Assembly (NCBI RefSeq): GCF_006345805.1
Contig: NC_043017.1
Span: 32,984,001 to 33,048,000, forward strand
Length of the DNA: 64,000 nucleotides
Direction of reading: 5' to 3'
From: Octopus sinensis
Lineage: Eukaryota
Below the pieces are notes generated by a model, which searched no databases, was not told where the DNA came from, and saw only the letters and a program-made list of their open reading frames with translations. Position numbers and translations under genes: made by a program. This document shows, in pieces, positions 24,015-36,325 of the stretch (within the stretch, counting starts at the first letter, position 1; every line of letters starts with the position of its first letter).

Positions 24015-24774
24015 GGCGGAGAGCTGGCAGAATCGTTAGCACGCCGGGCAAAATGCTTAGCCGAAATACGTCTATCTTTACGTACTGCGTTCAAGTTCCG
24101 CCGAGGTCAACCTTGCCTTTCATCCTTTCGGGGTCGATTAAATAAGTACCAGTTACGCACTGGGGTCGATGTAATCGACTTAATCCATTTGTCTGTCCTT
24201 GTTTGTCCCCTCTGTGTTTAGCCCCTTGTGGGTAGTAAAGAAATAGGTATTTCATCTGCCGCTACGTTCTGAGTTCAAATTCCGCCGAGGTCAACCTTGC
24301 CTTTCATCCTTTCGGGGTCGATTAAATAAGTACCAGTTACGCACTGGGGTCGATGTAATCGACTTAATCCATTTGTCTGTCCTTGTTTGTCCCCTCTGTG
24401 TTTAGCCCCTTGTGGGTAGTAAAGAAATAGGTATTTCATCTGCCGCTACGTTCTGAGTTCAAATTCCGCCGAGGTCAACCTTGCCTTTCATCCTTTCGGG
24501 GTCGATTAAATAAGTACCAGTTACGCACTGGGGTCGATGTAATCGACTTAATCCATTTGTCTGTCTTGTTTGTCCCCTCTGTGTTTAGCCCCTGTGGGTA
24601 GTAAAGAATAGGTATTTCATCTGCCGCTACGTTCTGAGTTCAAATTCCGCCGAGGTCAACCTTGCCTTTCATCCTTTCGGGGTCGATTAAATAAGTACCA
24701 GTTACGCACTGGGGTCGATGTAATCGACTTACTCTTTCCTCAAATTTTCAGGCCTTGTGCCTTTAGTAGAAAAG

Positions 24775-24800
<26 letters not shown>
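24015..24800 (+). mobile_element. SINE family B concatemer (head plus four units), last unit ending in an alternative tail and (ATT)n
   Basis: Unit restarts at 24247, 24431 and 24612; all units share the GTCAACCTTGCC variant. Confidence 0.9.
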
Positions 24801-24805
<5 letters not shown>

Positions 24806-25099
24806 TTGATGATGATGATGATGATGATGATCGTACTGTAGCACTCATTCTTTCATCTTACAAAGCGGGCAAACATGCTCGAAGCATAGTATGATCTTGA
24901 CAGCATTTTACCTACAACAATCTCTTCTGACAGTTTCTACACAGAGATCAACCAGTTTTATACATTATAAACAGTATAGCCGAATTTGACCAAAAGATGG
25001 TGACTCAGATCATATAATTTACTTTCTTGAGCTGGAACAAAGAGGCCAAGTAATAGAACATGTTTAACGCTAATAATTGCTAATAATTACTGACTCGCT

Positions 25100-25700
25100 T
25101 GGTGACGAGCTGTCAGAATTGTTAGCGCGCCAGGCAAATTGCTTAGCAACATTTCGTCTGTATTTACCCATTTCTTTACTATCCACAAGTGGCTAAACAC
25201 GGAGAGGATAAGCAAGGACAGACAAACGGATTGAGTCGATTACATTGATCCCAATGCGTAACTGATACTTAATTTATTGACCCCGAAAGGATGAAAGGCA
25301 AAGTCGACCTCGGCGGAATTTGAACTCAGAACGTAACGGCAAAGGAAATACCTATTTCTTTACTACCCACAAGGGGCTAAACACAGAGAGGACAAACAAG
25401 GACAGACAAACGGATTAAGCCGATTACATCGACCCCAGTGCATAACTGGTACTTAATTTATCGACCCTGAAAGGATGAAATGCAAAGTCAACCTCAGCGG
25501 AATTTGAACTCAGAACGTAACGGCAGACAAAATACTGCTAAGTATTTCGCCCGCTGTGCTAGCATTTCTGTATTTACCTTCTGAGTTCAAAATCCGCCAC
25601 GGCCGACTTTGTCTTTCATCATTTTGGAGTCGATAAAATAGGACAGTGGAGTCAGCGTGATAGACTAACCACTCTCTCCCGAAATTGCTGGTCTTATGCC
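25100..25700. mobile_element. Nested SINE B: minus-strand two-unit copy (about 25166-25570) inside an older plus-strand copy
   Basis: Plus-strand head at about 25100-25165 resumes at about 25570. Confidence 0.75.
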
Positions 25701-25914
25701 AAAATTTGAAACTAATAATTACTGCTCCTAGTTATAATCACCATTTTAATAATAAAATAAACTCTAAATTTACCGAGGTTGAATTTTAACCCTCTGCCCC
25801 TCTAAGTCTTTACTAATTAGTGCACTAGAATTCACTAAAACACATTGATAATAATGAATGTGGTATTATTCATGCTGGGAAATTTGCGCATGACTTTGCT
25901 AATGTTTCTACATA

Positions 25915-26130
25915 TTCTTTTTACTTGTTTCAGTCATTTGACTGCGACCTTGCTGGAGCACCGCCTTTAGTCGAGCAAATCGTCCCCAGGACTTATTTTT
26001 TGTAACTTTTGTACTTATTCTATCGGTCTCTTTTGCCGAACCGCTAAGTTACGGGGACGTAAACACATCAGCATCGGTTGTCAAGCGATGTTGTGGGGAA
26101 AAACACAGACACACAAACATATACACACAC

Positions 26131-26200
<70 letters not shown>

Positions 26201-26370
26201 ATTTATACGACGGGCTTCTTTCAGTTTCCGTCTACCAAATCCACTCACAAGGCTTTGGTCGGCCCGAGGCTAGAGTAGAAGACACTGCCCAAAAGGTGCC
26301 ACGCAGTGGGACTGAACCCGGAACTATGTGGTTTGTAAGCAAGCTACTAACCACAGCCACTCCTGCGCCT
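25915..26370 (-). mobile_element. SINE family A
   Basis: Full-length colinear match. Confidence 0.9.
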
Positions 26371-26784
26371 GTTTTATTTTTTTATTTTCATTAAAAGTTA
26401 AGTCCATCATCGCTGCAGAAATCCTACCCTTAATTGATAAAGCATTCCTTTACTGGCTACAGACTTAGATAAAACGTTTAACAGAAGCAATCTGAAACGT
26501 ATTTCGATTGCACATATAAATGAATACCTGTAAAGCAGAAGCCCAAATGCAAACCCAACAAATTAGTCACGCAATGCTGAAAGGAACATACATGAAATGT
26601 AAGTAACCTCCATCAACCAGACTTTGATATAGTATGGAAAAATTGTATTATGTGGTTAGTTACATGTAAGCAACAGTACTTCAATCATACTTCTTTGAGA
26701 CATTTGGAAGAGAGGAATTATATAGAAATGTTCAATTACATCGGGCATTTGAAAGAATATGCTACAATTTCGATATTTTTTTTT

Positions 26785-27040
26785 TAGACCATCAGATGTT
26801 GGTACACATCGCTGATCACAATGCGTTCGCATTGTTTTAGCCTTGGAATGACGCCACCCCGCTGACTAAGCGAGCAGGCCAACAGAAGAAAGAGTGGTGA
26901 AAGAGTACAGCAGGGATCACCACCCCTGCCGGATCCTCGTGGAGCTTTTAGGTGTTTTTGCTCAATAAACACTCACAACGCCCGGTCTAGGAATCGAAAC
27001 CGCGAGTCCGCTGCCCTAACAACTAGGCCATTGCGCCTCC
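26785..27040 (-). mobile_element. SINE family C, tail type 2
   Basis: C head and body, but the 3' region (minus strand CTGTTGGCCTGCTCGC...CATCTGATGGTCT-polyA) is unrelated to type 1. Confidence 0.85.
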
Positions 27041-27328
27041 GATGTTTCCCTCAGGATAGCTGGCGCCAGCGGGAGAACAATTTCGATGTAAAGTATATTA
27101 TTGAGAGACAATGAGAAAGCAAGATGTGATGTGTGTAAAGCGGAAAAAAACTCGTTTTTAAAATCCTTTGTAATTCTGCTGTCGAAACACAAGAATTCTT
27201 CACCACTTACATAAATATCAACGGAAAAAAATTTAAATTTTTATCTCCAACCAAATTAAATGGATCCATACTTAACTTTCACCCGCTCTGCAATCTGTTT
27301 TTCTCTTTTGTTTTCATATTTGTGAGCG

Positions 27329-27692
27329 CTACTGCTGTTGCTGTTGAGCGGGCCGTTCCGAGCGGTCCGAAACGTGGTCCTTTGCTATTCGTAAGACCCA
27401 CAGAAGAGAAAGCAGGTCAACCCCCCGACACCGAGAGCATCGACGGATGGATGAATGAGCATCCAGGCTCAGCGATTGCGTAGGAAGTCGGGGACAAGAA
27501 ACAGGAAGAAAGAGTGAGAGAAAGTTGAGGTAGAAGAGTACAACAGTGGTCGCCACCACGCCCTGCCGGAGCCCCATGGAGCTTTAGGTGTTTTCGCTCA
27601 AAAAACACACACAACGCACGGTCTCGGAATCGAAACCGCGATCCTCCGACCGCGAGTCCGCTGCCCTAACCACTGGGCCATTGCGCCCCCAC
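27329..27692 (-). mobile_element. SINE family C, tail type 3
   Basis: C head; distinct 3' region ending CAACAGCAACAGCAGTAG; TSD TTGTGAGCG at 27320-27328 and 27693-27701. Confidence 0.85.
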
Positions 27693-28730
27693 TTGTGAGC
27701 GTTACATACACAATGGCTTGATTAATACTGCTGTACTGATACACATGTGTATTCCAGAATGATTCAGTTTTCATATACTTTATTAGTCGGTATTTTTCAT
27801 TTCAGGTTTCACATTTCTGAACTAAATTTAAACCTTTATTTTATTTCATCCTTATTTTTATATACATTTCTCCCCATGGTTTCATTTTTATACTTACGTT
27901 TTTTATTCTTGCCTACCTTTGTTAACCTTGGTGACATAGCCACGAATTCCAAATTCGTTCCAACTATGTAACTGCGCCGCCCTGCACCGCATCTATTACC
28001 GCTTTCAATTGTAAGAAGGTGTCTTCAATGAAAACATTCTAAAAGTGAAGTTTTCCCCTCTTCACATGAGTAAATGCGCTACAAAAACGCAATCCGCAGA
28101 ACGCCGTATAATAATTTGGCAGCGGAATTCTTTCTTTGAAATTCCTCTGCCAATGATGTTAAAAGCGGATAGAGTTTGGCATAACCTCTATGTAGCACAG
28201 TTCCTCAAAAAACTGCTGGAAACCAAGCTGCTCCCCTCAAAATTTTCAGACTCTTTCTTATTTTATTATCTATATTTCATGCACTTAGAGATGCCAGTAG
28301 GACCTTAGCAAAAAGGTTAGTTTGATTCCCCACGTCTTAACGTTCCTTCGGAAACTTTTCGGATCAAAATTTTTTACCAGATTGTCGATAGAAAAACACT
28401 ATTTTTGACTTTGATATACAACTGATATTTGCTAGAACAAGTTTTGCTATTTTCCTTGTTTTTATGCAACTGGAAATATCATATCAAAAAAATATTTAAA
28501 AAATGCAACAGTGAAAGTATCAGGTGTCAATCAATTTTCAGTCCCTTAGAACAGCTTCCTGCCTATCCTAATAAAAATAACATGGCCACTACAAAGAGGA
28601 TTGATAAAATAGTAGACAAATTCATGATATTTATCTCTAATATCATCCAATTAGGTGTAAATCAGACGAATATCAACCAAAAACATCGTATTAAATGTTT
28701 ACGTCTTATCCAGAAAAACTGAAAGAAGTC

Positions 28731-28870
28731 CGAGTTCGACTTTGCCTTTCATCCTTTCAGGGTCGATAAATTAAGTACCAGTTACGCACTGGGGTCTGTG
28801 TAATCGACTTAATCCTTTTGTCTGTCCTTGTTTGTCCCCTCTATGTTTAGCCCCTTGTAATGAAATAAGA
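28731..28870 (+). mobile_element. SINE family B, 5'-truncated
   Basis: Body and tail only. Confidence 0.85.
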
Positions 28871-28984
28871 ATACACGTAGTATTCTTATCAAATACCTTT
28901 GGTTTCCTCTCTTAGTCCTTCCAGTAACCTTCCTGCACAACACTCAGTCGAACTCATACATACCTATACGCATATATATATATA

Positions 28985-29029
<45 letters not shown>

Positions 29030-29074
29030 AAACAGTCAAAAAAAAATGCTAAAATAATTTTATAGTGAACATTT

Positions 29075-29112
29075 CAGTACCGGTTTCGGTCATTTTGAGA
29101 CCTTTTCAACTG
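29075..29112 (-). ncRNA. Minimal type-I hammerhead-ribozyme-like motif
   Basis: Reverse complement reads CAG-TTGAAAA-GGTC tcaaaat GACC-GAAA-CCGG-TA-CTG. Confidence 0.6.
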
Positions 29113-29304
29113 TAACGATTAAATAATTAAATTTAGAAAAATTAGAAGAAAGTTTTTTTTAAAGAATATTTCTATAGTAGTGTTCAGATTTAAGTGCATT
29201 CTGCCTTTCTCTGACTCCCTTGTTTGCACTTGTGTGTCTCCGACACATATTCTTTTAAAAAAACTTTTCTTCTAATTTTTCTAAATTTAATTATTTAATC
29301 GTTA

Positions 29305-29342
29305 CAGTTGAAAAGGTCTCAAAATGACCGAAACCGGTACTG
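29305..29342 (+). ncRNA. Minimal type-I hammerhead-ribozyme-like motif
   Basis: Stem I CAG/CTG, core UUGAAAA (U3-A8 variant of CUGANGA), stem II GGTC/GACC, GAAA, palindromic CCGG and UA cleavage dinucleotide. Confidence 0.6.
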
Positions 29343-29429
29343 AAATGTTCACTATAAAATTATTTTAGCATTTTCTATTTTTGACTTGTTTTTTCATATA
29401 TATCAACTCGTGTGTTCCTTTTCACCCTT

Positions 29430-29572
29430 ATACATATATATAATATATATATTATATATAATATATATATACATATATATATATATATGTCAATATATAT
29501 ACATATATATATATATATATATTATATATATACATATATATATATAATATATACATAATATATATATATATA

Positions 29573-29650
<78 letters not shown>

Positions 29651-30238
29651 GAACATATATATTTAAGCTGCACACAGATACACTCACAACTGCATACAAC
29701 CATTCACAAAGCACACAAGTGTATACAAGTTCAAAACCTTGATTTTGATCTGCATTTGTTTTCAGTCTTTCGTTTCCAACTCGCGTTTTAATGCTTCTTA
29801 AAATATCTTAATTTTATTGCACAACGATTCGTTAATCTAGACAAAGAACATATGAGGATATATGTATATATCTGTATATATATATATATATATAATATCT
29901 ATATATATGATATATATATATATATATATATACTCATATACATATATATATATACATATATACTTATATATATTGCATATATATATATGCATGTGTTTAT
30001 ATGTGTGTGTGATTATGCGTGTGTGTGTGTGTGTACACACGCATGCACCCACACACACATATATACACACACGCATACATAATGCATGTTGTGTGACCGT
30101 ATGTATATATGTGTACATACATATATTGGTGCGTATATAATCTTCGACGAATGAACATATTCTACAATATTTGAAACTTACATGTTGTCATCTTAATATA
30201 TATATGAATATATATGTAAATGTATGAGCATATGGAAT

Positions 30239-30286
<48 letters not shown>

Positions 30287-30350
30287 GCATACATATAAAC
30301 ATACCTATTCATATGCACACATACTTTCACACATGCACATATGCACACAT
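29430..30350. repeat. Compound (TA)n/(TG)n/(CA)n microsatellite field
   Basis: Direct reading. Confidence 0.9.
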
Positions 30351-31289
30351 ATAGTGACTTTTTTTGCCCTTTGTTTCTTTATTTCCTGATCTCCAAATTT
30401 TGTTCACCAGGACTTCTAGCATCCCTTATTAAATTTACGCTTCATAAAAAAAAAATCTAACAAAAAAAAAACTTCCGATATCAACAAAATTATTGTTACC
30501 GAAATATAAAGTGCCACAAGGACTTCAATACTTCATATCAATTCTTATCAGCAAAATGCAAAATAAGAATTTTATATATGTGTTTGTATTTGCAAGTGTT
30601 TACTTGCGTGTCAAATTTTATCACTATATTTCATAAAACTTAGGAGGCTATTCTTGTAGTTTGTGTTCTTTTCAAATTAGCTTCCTTGTATGCATGCATA
30701 TAGTAGTCAATATGTATATAGACATATTCTCACAAGTACACAATAATCAGTATTATTTTCTGTTGTTTTTTTTTAATAGATTCTCCTGAAGAAAACCTAC
30801 ACATAACTATTTAATTATTGTGCTAAACTTCGTTGAAAATTCTATAACTGGTTGCATTCAATAAAAACAAATTTTATATTTGTGACTATTTTTGTTTATA
30901 ATGTATTATTTTAGATGTAAATTAATTTTAAAATATGTTATATTTACCTACATTATGAACAAATTTAATCATTTCTGCTAATTTTTGAAAGGATATTTCA
31001 TTTTCCACCCTTCAAGTTGTATTTGAAAGACTACACTGTCAATGTTGTATATAAGTCTACGCATGAAAATATATATATATTTCTTCTTTAATAAAATCTT
31101 CCTTTATCTTAATGGGGCTAGATTATTCTTAGGGAAGTGGCTTGTTATTGTTGGCCCTTATTTACTTTACAATGGTAGTTGATAAAAGTCAATCTTTGCA
31201 GGATATGATATCGCGTGGGCAATACCTCAAAGTAAGAATCTTTCATTTCTTTCCAGCTGTTTCAAATAATAGCTGAATATTGACTTCAA

Positions 31290-31455
31290 GCCAGTTACAT
31301 TGACCCTCAGTATTCAACTGGTACTTATTTTATCGACCCCCGAAAGGATGAAAAATAAAGTGGAGCACAGTCGAATTTGAACTCAGAAGATGAAAACGGA
31401 TGAAATGCCACTAAGCATTTCCCCCGGCAGGCTAACCTTTCTTTCAGCTCGCCAC
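31290..31455 (-). mobile_element. Diverged SINE family B
   Basis: TTTATCGACCCCCGAAAGGATGAAA...CAGCTCGCCAC. Confidence 0.75.
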
Positions 31456-31569
31456 TTTAAAATAATGACTGAATATTAACATGTGTAGCACATGTAATAT
31501 TTCGGTTTGAGAATCAGAGATTTTTTTGTAGCAAAGACACTGGATGTTTTAACCAAATATATTTAAATC

Positions 31570-31770
31570 CAGTCGCCATGATAGATCGTTAGCCACTACA
31601 CACAATTATTTTTTCTCTCCTTGTTTTTTTTATGTGTCCCTTTCTGTAGAAGAGCGTAGGCTCGAATCGTAAAAGACTTTTTTCTATTCCTGAGCGTTAT
31701 ACTAATACATCTGTTTGTTTTGTACACCACCTGTCTTCGTCTTTTTTTTTTCGTAAACTCTCCCTATATT
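31570..31770 (+). mobile_element. Family E repeat (hammerhead-like motif 31640-31675, GAAA mutated to GAAT)
   Basis: Colinear with 7830-8005. Confidence 0.75.
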
Positions 31771-32039
31771 TAAATCCATTTCGATGAAATTTCTAATATA
31801 AGAAGTTGTAGCCCGGTGTGACAGTCTTATACTCATTGTAATGAGTAACCCACTAGGCCAGGTACGGAGAAAGTGCATATAACGACAAACAGCTTCACAT
31901 TTCTTGGTTCTTACAAACCAATTGTGGTTCACTTCACAAATGTTTTGACTTGTCAGTGAGGTATGATATTTCATCATTGCTAATTTGTTTTAGACCTGGT
32001 AAGCAACTAAATTAATCAGAATATAATTTTTATCTTTAT

Positions 32040-32778
32040 CTTTTACTCGTTTAAGGCACTAGACTCTGGCCATGCTGGGGCACTGTCTTGAGGAATTTTA
32101 AGTCGATTGTATCAACCCCGGTACTTATTCTATCGCCAAATGCAGACACAAACACACACATGCATGCATATACATATATACGACAGGCTTCTTTCAGTTT
32201 CTGTCAACCAAATCCACTCCCAAGGATTTTCTGGACCGAGGCTATAGTAAAAGACGCTTGACCAAAGTGTTATGCAGTGGAACTGAACCCGGAACCATGT
32301 GGCATGGAAGCAAGTTTCTTATTTCTTTATTGCTCACAAGGGGCTAAACACAGAGGGGACAAACAATTACAGACAAACGGATTAAGTGGATTACATCGAC
32401 CCCAGTGCGTAACTAGTATTTAATTTATCGACCCCGAAAGGATGAAAGGCAAAGTCGACCTCGGCGGAATTTGAACTCAGAACGTAACGGCAGACGAAAT
32501 ACCTATTTCTTTACTACCCACAAGGGGCTAAACACAGAGAGAACAAACAAGGACAGACAAACGGATTAAGCTGATTAGATCGACCCTAGTACGTAGCCGG
32601 TACTTAATTTATCGACCCCGAAAGGATGAAAGGCAAAGTTGACCTCGGCGGAATTTGAACTTAGAACGTAACGGCAGACGAAATACGGCTACGCATTTCG
32701 CCCGGCGTGCTAACGATTCTGCCAGCTCACCGCCTCACATGGAAGCAAGTTTCTTACCACACAACTACACCCGCGCCT
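32040..32778 (-). mobile_element. Diverged SINE A interrupted by SINE B
   Basis: A halves at 32040-32321 and 32738-32778. Confidence 0.8.
32322..32735 (-). mobile_element. SINE family B (head plus two units) with 19-bp TSD
   Basis: CATGGAAGCAAGTTTCTTA at 32303-32321 and 32738-32756. Confidence 0.92.
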
Positions 32779-32999
32779 ACTAAACGGAAAATATATTTGA
32801 CTGTGTTTCTTTCTTATAGGCTCGTCAGGAGAAAGGGGTTGTAGCTACGACTTCGGCATCCTTTCAGGTTGATTTTGATATCATTTCTGGAACTCTGGAT
32901 GACAATGTCTGCAGAAAAAATATCCGTGTGGAGGAGAACCATGAGCTTGGCTGCTACGTAGAGATTTTCGTTAAGATCTACATAAATATATCTTTTATC

Positions 33000-33225
33000 T
33001 TTTGCTGGTTTCAGTCATTTGACTGCAGCCATGCTGGCGCACCGCTTCAAGAAGGATTTTTTAGTGAAACGATTCTACCCTAGTACTTATTTTTAAGAGT
33101 CTTGTTCATATTCTATCGATTTCATTTTATCTTTTTTTAAGGCTAGTACTTATATTCTTTTGTCGAACCGCTAAGTTACGGGGACCTAAACACACAAACA
33201 CAGCTTGTCAAGCGTGGTGGGGGAC
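33000..33225 (-). mobile_element. Diverged SINE A 3' half
   Basis: TTTCAGTCATTTGACTGCAGCCATGCTGG...GAACCGCTAAGTTACGGGGAC. Confidence 0.75.
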
Positions 33226-33924
33226 CATCATGAGGTCAGCTTTTACTTGCCAGTACATGTAAAAGCTGTAACTTGCTGAAGGAGCTTAATAAAGCCGAAT
33301 TTGCCCAAGTTGCCACCCCCCAACCAAGGAAGGATTAAGTTCCACCCTCTTCTACACTTTATTCTATTTTTAGCTAATTTTAATTGACAATTGTTTCCCC
33401 TGACAAGGATCGATTGTTAAACTATCGATTCTTTTCGATTCAGCAGAGGCCAATTTATAACTAACAAGCAGCTAAGCCCGGTTTCACCCGGTCTGTTTGG
33501 ATGATGCGGCTGTGATCGTTTTCGGTTAAGCATAATCTATACCAGTGTTTTTCAGCCTTATCATTTTGGGTCCCCTTTTTCGACTGGAGCCTCCAGCTGT
33601 AGCAAATTTTCCTGACCCCACCTCGTCAGAAAACAGCTCCTAAGCAACTGGTTGTTTTAATGGCGGAAGAAAGAGGGGAATTCCATTAGAAAAAAGTTTT
33701 AATCGATTTTCTTGGTAAGTATGGGGGCTAGGAAAAATATACAAACTGCATTCCAATCTATGCACCCGTCTCCACATGTGTGCCATTTTTCACGTGAATC
33801 CACCTAGCCATTTGGCTGTGAACCTCAAGATAAGAAAGAATAAAACGATTGCCCATGTCCAATTTATAATTAATTAGAATATCTTCGTTTACGTAAACTA
33901 AAATATCTTACACGTATAAAATGC

Positions 33925-34470
33925 TGTTGATGACGACGAGGAGGATGAGAAGAAGTGGAAGAAGAAGAAGAAGAAGAAAAGGAAGTTAATGATGAAGATG
34001 ATGGTGATAACGAAAGCTATGATGACGACGATGATGATGATGGTGATGAGGATGATGTCGACGACGACGACGACGACGACGATGACGGCAATGATGATGA
34101 TGATGACTACGATGACGATGATGAGGATGGTGGTGGTGGCGATGAGGATGATGATGACGAAGATAATGAAGATGATGACGATGATGATGACTATGATGAC
34201 GATGATGAGGATGGTGGTGGTGGTGATGAGGATGATGACGACTACGATGACGATGATGAGGATGGTAGTGGTGGTGATGAGGATGGTAGTGGTGGTGATG
34301 AGGATGATGATGATGATAATGATGATGATGATGATGATGATGATGAAGATGATTATGATGATGACGACTACGATGACGATGATGAGGATGGTGGTGTTGG
34401 TGAGTATGATGATGATGAGGATGATGATGAAAATTGTGTTGATGATCATGAAAATCATCGATGACAACAT
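33925..34470. repeat. Complex (GAT/GAC/GAG/GGT)n triplet repeat with higher-order units
   Basis: Unit GACTACGATGACGATGATGAGGATGGTGGT recurs about four times; yields an Asp-rich ORF at 33955-34464. Confidence 0.9.
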
Positions 34471-34719
34471 TAAATAGCGAGGCAGATGATGGTGATAAGG
34501 ACGAACAAGTAAGTCTATCAGAGAATTGTTCGAAGTCAATAAAATATGGCCTATCAAACTTTCACCGGTGAAAATTGCTCTGAAATTTATCGCAAATTCA
34601 TCCACATGAAAAATTATGAAATCATTGAATGTTGATTTATGGGGACCAACCTTTAATAATATCCTTCTTGTGTTCTCTAGAAATAAGAGATTACGCATTC
34701 ACATATACACACACTATAT

Positions 34720-34840
34720 ACGCCACACACACACACACATACACATGCATACATACATACATACAAACATACATACGTACATACATACATACATACATAC
34801 ATACATACAGAAATAGATACACATATACATGAATGTATAC

Positions 34841-34874
<34 letters not shown>

Positions 34875-35070
34875 GTATACATTCATATATATGTATATAA
34901 TATATATATATATACATATTATATACATATGCATGTATATATTATATGTTTGTATACATGTATGTATGTAAGTTATATATATATATATAATATATATATG
35001 TATGTATATATATATGTGTATGTATGTATGTATGTATGTATGTATGTATGTATGTATGTATGTATGTGTT
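34720..35070. repeat. (CA)n/(TACA)n/(TA)n/(TATG)n microsatellite field
   Basis: Direct reading. Confidence 0.9.
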
Positions 35071-35317
35071 GCTAGTGCATAACGTTCTTTCTGGATCATG
35101 TGAAATGCAAGGTATACCTTTCTTAATAAATATACAATTTCCACCACTACCTGAAAAGTAAACAAAGTTGTTATAGCTCAGGCTTTATCTCTACGCAAGA
35201 AAAAAATAAAGGTTCGATATGACAAATTTCTAATGTCCTTAAATCAAATCTTTTTATCAAAGAACGATTATTACATAACAGTGCACATGATAGCGGAGTG
35301 ATTCCATTGGTTTGCAA

Positions 35318-35648
35318 CACTGATTCTCAACTGGGGTCCATATAAAATTTTGGGGTATCCACACAAGCAAAATAGTAATTTGGGTCCACAAGTATTATTT
35401 TAAAGCTTCATTAAAATCTTCTGCTACAGATGTGTATATAATATGAAATAGCTACGTTTCTTTCTTTAATGTGTTACATAGTTCAACCTACAGAATTTAA
35501 TTTTGTATCTATAAAACTAGTTTTGCATCTATAAAACTAGTTTTGCATCTATAAAACTAGTTTTGAAACACTGATTGGCTATGTGGATCCACCAGAATAA
35601 AATAGCAATCAAAGGGTCCACAGGTAAAAAAATGGTTGAGAAATACTG
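35318..35648. mobile_element. Probable hAT-type MITE with an internal 20-bp tandem triplication (35501-35565)
   Basis: Ends CACTGATTCTCAAC and GGTTGAGAAATACTG resemble hAT CAGTG.TTCTCAAC TIRs; no matching 8-bp TSD seen. Confidence 0.5.
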
Positions 35649-35951
35649 TTCTAGACGAGTTTTTTAGGAATTTGAAACTGGCGGAATATATTTTAATAAG
35701 TGTAAATTTGTAGTCACCGTGCAAAGAGAATCTGGGCGATGTTTTTCTTTTTCCAATGTCTCAATAAGCTGTACACTCCTCAAGTAGATCCCAAGCTTTC
35801 TACTGACGTGGTGGAGCCACTCTATTCAGTTTCCTCTTAAACTAAAATTGCGTTTATTTTTGAAAGAATGGGTATAGGCTAGGGTGTTTGTGCGAGTAAC
35901 TTCATACCAACAAGTCTGCGGTGATGTCTTCGAAACGTTCAGGATATCTAT

Positions 35952-36325
35952 TGGAAACACTCCGTCGGTTACGACGACGAGGGTTCCGGTTGATCCGAAT
36001 CAACGGAACAGCCAGCTCGTGAAATTAACGGCTGAGCACTCCACAGACACGTGTACCCTTAACGTAGTTCTCGGGGATATTCAGCATGACACAGAGAGTG
36101 ACAAGGCCGGCCCTTTGAAATACAGGTACAACAGAAACAGGGAGTAAGAGTGAGAGAAAGTTGTGGTGAAAGAGTACAGCAGGGATCACCCCCATCCCCT
36201 GCCGGAGCATCGTGGAGCTTTAGGTGTTTTCGCTCAATAAACACTCACAACGCCCGGTCTGGGAATCGAAACCACGTTCCTATGACCGCGAGTCCGCTGC
36301 CCTAACCACTGGGCCATTGTGCCGT
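35952..36325 (-). mobile_element. SINE family C, tail type 1
   Basis: TSD CAGGATATCTAT at 35940-35951 and 36326-36337. Confidence 0.9.

Larger units (their letters stand above)
29026..29395. mobile_element. Inverted repeat (arms 29026-29169 and 29247-29395, 77-nt spacer) of Penelope-like pLTR type, in (TA)n
   Basis: Arms are near-exact reverse complements; each carries a hammerhead-like motif. Confidence 0.8.

Noticed and set aside
28096-28133. Small hairpin TTGGCAG.GGAATT/AATTCC.CTGCCAA as a pre-miRNA
   Set aside because: Stem too short for a canonical precursor; no other support.
31800-31980. Possible very old mariner fragment (SP.LA-like motif on the minus strand)
   Set aside because: Similarity too weak to support without an alignment.
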